Source of the DNA: Oligoflexia bacterium | GTDB taxonomy: Bacteria > Bdellovibrionota > Bdellovibrionia > JABDDW01 | Assembly: GCA_043732305.1 (NCBI GenBank) | Contig: JAYTHU010000019.1 | Span: forward strand, 1 to 19,156 | Direction of reading: 5' to 3' | DNA: 19,156 nt | Shown: piece after piece, positions 16,503-19,156 of the stretch | Numbering within the stretch: position 1 is the first letter of the stretch | Layout: each line of letters begins with the position of its first letter | Translations under genes and position numbers: made by a program | Notes under the pieces: generated by a model | The model's input: the letters and a program-made list of their open reading frames with translations, nothing else | What the model was told of the DNA's origin: nothing | Database searches by the model: none

Positions 16503-17151
16503 TTTGTACCCTCATATAGAATCTATAAAGAATCACATCCCCTAAAATCTCAAACGCCACTGTCAAAGCGACGTAGAACGCAAGCCGCAGGGGGTGCGAA
16601 AACATGTCCTCTTTTTCAATCAGCCCGGGAAACATACCCAACCCTAAAACAAATAGCAATAAAACGACTGTCTTAAAAAATCTTCCACTCACGAGCTCGC
16701 GTGATCGAACGAGCGCATCCACATTTCCGCTCTGGTAGTCTTTGTCGAATTGCACAATGTAAACGAGCCAATAAAGTTTGATCGCTTCAACGATGCCAGG
16801 AACAATAAGCAGTAAAGATTTCAGCACAATTGGGGACAAAGCACGGAGAGACTCGATCATCGACTGATTAAAATTTTTCCCGATCGAACCGAACAAAGGC
16901 TGCGAAGTTTTTTGCTCAAAATCATAAGCCACTTGATTGACTACGATAACTCCAACTGTATTGAATATTAGCGTGACACCAAAAATCGCTAACAGCACGG
17001 TGACAAAAAGAAAACTTTCTTCTCGAGGAACGACGTGACTGAAAAAAGCCATAGCTACATCGAACGCTGCACAGGCCGCTACCCAAATCCAAGCACGCCT
17101 ATAGACTTGAGTCCAGATTTCCAAAGTTTTTATAGTTTCGCGCTTCATCAT
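16462..17151 (-). CDS. Hypothetical integral membrane protein
   Basis: Several hydrophobic helices, LLLIVPGI and ALVRSRELVSG segments. First gene of the overlapping minus-strand operon; start could be 17157, 17151 or 17148. Confidence 0.75.
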   Translation of the reverse strand: MMKRETIKTLEIWTQVYRRAWIWVAACAAFDVAMAFFSHVVPREESFLFVTVLLAIFGVTLIFNTVGVIVVNQVAYDFEQKTSQPLFGSIGKNFNQSMIESLRALSPIVLKSLLLIVPGIVEAIKLYWLVYIVQFDKDYQSGNVDALVRSRELVSGRFFKTVVLLLFVLGLGMFPGLIEKEDMFSHPLRLAFYVALTVAFEILGDVILYRFYMRVQNGIAIQKSGNSVT

Positions 17152-17241
17152 CCTCAATCATTGTCCGAAAAAGTGACTGTCATGAAAATTGGCTATGTTG
17201 ACAGTTGCAAAAAGACTGTCACCTTTGAGCCCGGAGAGCAA

Positions 17242-18321
17242 ATGGAAAAAACGAGACCTCAAAATCTGGTAATTGCTGAGTCAAAGCGGGTAGCGCGCAA
17301 GGCAGGTCTCTCTTACATGACGGATGCCACCCAAGGATTTTCTCGCGCCGGATCTAAGAAAAAATTTACCTTTAGAGATTTGAATGGTAGGCCCTTGACG
17401 GCTAAAAATCATCTGGCTCGAATCAAAGGTTTGGTTATTCCTCCAGCGTGGACAAAAGTTTGGATTGCCCCTGCTAGCAATGGGCATATTCAGGTGACTG
17501 GTTATGATGTGCGTGGGCGCAAACAATATCGCTACCATGCGGAGTGGAATAAAATGCGAAACGAACATAAATTTTCCAAGATGATTATGTTCGCAAAAAA
17601 ACTTCCGCTCATTCGTGCGCGAATTAAAAAAGATTTGCGCGAAGCAGGTTTGGGGCAAGCTAAAATTTTGGCATTAGTAGTTCGAATCATGGAGCAAACT
17701 TTGATTCGAGTTGGCAATGACGAGTACGCTCGGGAAAACCATTCTTATGGTTTAACAACAATTCGCCATCGCCATGTTCGTGTGCGCGGTTCTAAAATTA
17801 TTTTTGATTTCAAAGGCAAGAGCGGCAAACAACATCACGTGGAAATTAACGATAAATTTCTTGCTGGCATTGTTCACAAATGCCAGGACTTACCTGGGCA
17901 AGAATTATTTAATTATCGCGATCAAAAGGGTCGAGTACAAAATGTGAGTTCTCAACACGTGAATCAGTATTTGCAAGAAATCACTGGGGAGCCAATCACT
18001 GCCAAAGATTTTCGCACTTGGGGCGGAACCGTGTGTGCGGCACTGTTTTTACGCGAGCAAGAAGTTCCCGCAACTCAACAAGATTTAAAGAAAACTTTTG
18101 TGCAGACGGTGAGTCACACCTCCGAAACTTTGCGCAACACTCCAGCAATCTGTCGCAAATATTATATTCATCCAACCATTTTCGAAGCATTCGAAAATGG
18201 AAAGCTCACTAAAATCTTTGCCGAGTGCCCCAAGCCCCACTCCAAATTATCCACCGCCAAACTTTCCAAAGGCCTCTACGTCGAGGAAGTCTTTACCAAA
18301 CGCCTCCTCGAATCCGCCTAA
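17242..18321 (+). CDS. DNA topoisomerase IB (bacterial, poxvirus-like)
   Basis: Motifs IPPAWTKVWI, GRKQYRYH, RVGNDEYA, FKGKSGK, KDFRTW and NTPAICRKYYIHP (catalytic Tyr). ATG at 17242 is preceded by GGAGAG. Confidence 0.95.
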   Translation: MEKTRPQNLVIAESKRVARKAGLSYMTDATQGFSRAGSKKKFTFRDLNGRPLTAKNHLARIKGLVIPPAWTKVWIAPASNGHIQVTGYDVRGRKQYRYHAEWNKMRNEHKFSKMIMFAKKLPLIRARIKKDLREAGLGQAKILALVVRIMEQTLIRVGNDEYARENHSYGLTTIRHRHVRVRGSKIIFDFKGKSGKQHHVEINDKFLAGIVHKCQDLPGQELFNYRDQKGRVQNVSSQHVNQYLQEITGEPITAKDFRTWGGTVCAALFLREQEVPATQQDLKKTFVQTVSHTSETLRNTPAICRKYYIHPTIFEAFENGKLTKIFAECPKPHSKLSTAKLSKGLYVEEVFTKRLLESA

Positions 18322-18327
18322 CCCCAG

Positions 18328-18360
18328 GGTACCTGGTTACTTATGGTAGCGCAGATGCGT
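18328..18360 (+). repeat. Left REP-like repeat (inverted partner of 19124-19156)
   Basis: GGTACCTGGTTACTTATGGTAGCGCAGATGCGT is 28/33 identical to the reverse complement of the right copy and contains GTAG followed by a CGCA-GA-TGCG hairpin. Confidence 0.85.
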
Positions 18361-18479
18361 CAGGTTTACTGTGTTGATGGCCGGAAGTGATCCGGATATA
18401 TCCGCGTTTGTACGAACTATAAGAACATAGCCGTCATGTTCGTCTTGGCAATGTTTTGGACTTTGCACCTAGCATAATC

Positions 18480-19124
18480 ATGCCTCGAAAATATCCGCCA
18501 TTTTACCCATATTGCCCCTACCACATCACCGCAAGATGTATTAACCGAGAGTGGTTTAAGATTCCACTGCCCGAGGTATGGAAAATTATGGAAAACTACC
18601 TTTGGTTTATAAACAAAGCATATGGAATTAAAATTATTTCATTTGTCTTAATGCCGAATCATTTCCATCTTATTATCGAAAGTCCAAAATCAAATTTAAG
18701 TGAAGCTATGAATTATTTTATGCGTGAGACCAGTCGGCAAATGGGTAAAAAAAGTGGAAGAATTAATCAGATTTACAGAGGTCGTTTTCATAGAACGGCA
18801 ATTCTAAATACTAGATATTTTTATCAGGTCTATAAATATGTTTATCTAAATCCAGTAACAGCAAATATTTCTAAAAATGTTGAGGATTATCCGTTCTCAA
18901 CATTGTCAGGCAAAATAGGAATTACCAAATTATTAATTCCGGTTGAGGAAGACAAGATTTTATTTTCAGATCCCTTTTGTAGTAACGCTTTACAATGGCT
19001 TAATAAGTGTCCGAAAAAACAAAACTTTAAATCAGTCAAATCTGCCTTAAAAAAATGCGTTTTTAAATTACCTAAAAACCGTTCATCAAGGAAGGAAAAT
19101 GAACTTGAAACCAAGAGATTTTAA
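18480..19124 (+). CDS. rayT: REP-associated tyrosine transposase (Y1_Tnp / IS200-like HUH nuclease)
   Basis: MPRK start, YHITARC, FVLMPNHFHL (HUH motif), YVYLNPVTA (catalytic Tyr plus NP motif) and YPFST, with flanking REPs. Confidence 0.9.
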   Translation: MPRKYPPFYPYCPYHITARCINREWFKIPLPEVWKIMENYLWFINKAYGIKIISFVLMPNHFHLIIESPKSNLSEAMNYFMRETSRQMGKKSGRINQIYRGRFHRTAILNTRYFYQVYKYVYLNPVTANISKNVEDYPFSTLSGKIGITKLLIPVEEDKILFSDPFCSNALQWLNKCPKKQNFKSVKSALKKCVFKLPKNRSSRKENELETKRF

Positions 19125-19156
19125 CGCAGATGCGCTACCAAAAGGAACCTGGTACC
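19124..19156 (-). repeat. Right REP-like repeat
   Basis: ACGCAGATGCGCTACCAAAAGGAACCTGGTACC. On the minus strand it reads GTAG followed by CGCA-TC-TGCG. It starts in the last base of the transposase stop codon. Confidence 0.85.

Larger units (their letters stand above)
18328..19156. mobile_element. RAYT-REP element (Y1 HUH transposase flanked by inverted REPs)
   Basis: Single AT-rich transposase gene bounded by 33-bp inverted repeats. The right end coincides with the window end, so the element may extend further. Confidence 0.75.

Noticed and set aside
17035..17241. N-terminal extension of topoisomerase IB given in the ORF track
   Set aside because: It overlaps the divergent membrane-protein gene, and the ATG at 17242 has a good RBS and gives a 359-aa protein typical of the family.
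9134..17717. Numerous antisense or alternative-frame ORFs (e.g. 9452-9883, 10893-11336, 12071-12577, 15903-16223, 17281-17658)
   Set aside because: They lie entirely within well-supported genes and show no recognisable motifs.
18446..18461. Sigma54-like promoter upstream of the RAYT (TGGCAATGTTTTGGA)
   Set aside because: It reads GG-N10-GA rather than the required GG-N10-GC.
17242..19124. Topoisomerase IB and RAYT as one functional mobile system
   Set aside because: The topoisomerase lies outside the inverted repeats and has host-like composition, unlike the AT-rich RAYT. Adjacency alone does not support a link.

Overview
Bacterial chromosomal window whose gene set and promoter motifs suggest a Bdellovibrionota/Oligoflexia-like organism (inference). 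From left to right: the 3' part of a Glu/Leu/Phe/Val dehydrogenase; a minus-strand operon of GAF-HD-GYP phosphodiesterase, membrane PilZ protein and an atypical PTPS/QueD-fold protein; a small CCCH zinc-finger-like protein; a mosaic pseudogene; a heptad-repeat coiled-coil protein; a 1297-aa Cys-rich prepilin-like protein; a long operon (membrane protein, CBS-less IMPDH/GMPR-family enzyme, potABCD, orphan OppA-like binding protein, beta-hydroxyacid dehydrogenase); DNA topoisomerase IB; and a REP-associated tyrosine transposase (RAYT) bracketed by 33-bp inverted REP-like repeats. Main observations: (1) synonymous codons of the topoisomerase gene shift steeply to C-ending next to the REP; (2) the PTPS-fold protein lacks its whole catalytic triad and sits in a cyclic-dinucleotide operon; (3) a frameshifted, internally deleted paralogue of the giant pilin-like gene is hidden at 4047-4391; (4) the giant protein contains an internal signal-peptide-like island; (5) three sigma28/FliA-type promoters lie in a row. 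No rRNA, tRNA or CRISPR array was seen. All alignments and counts were done by hand, and no database searches were run.
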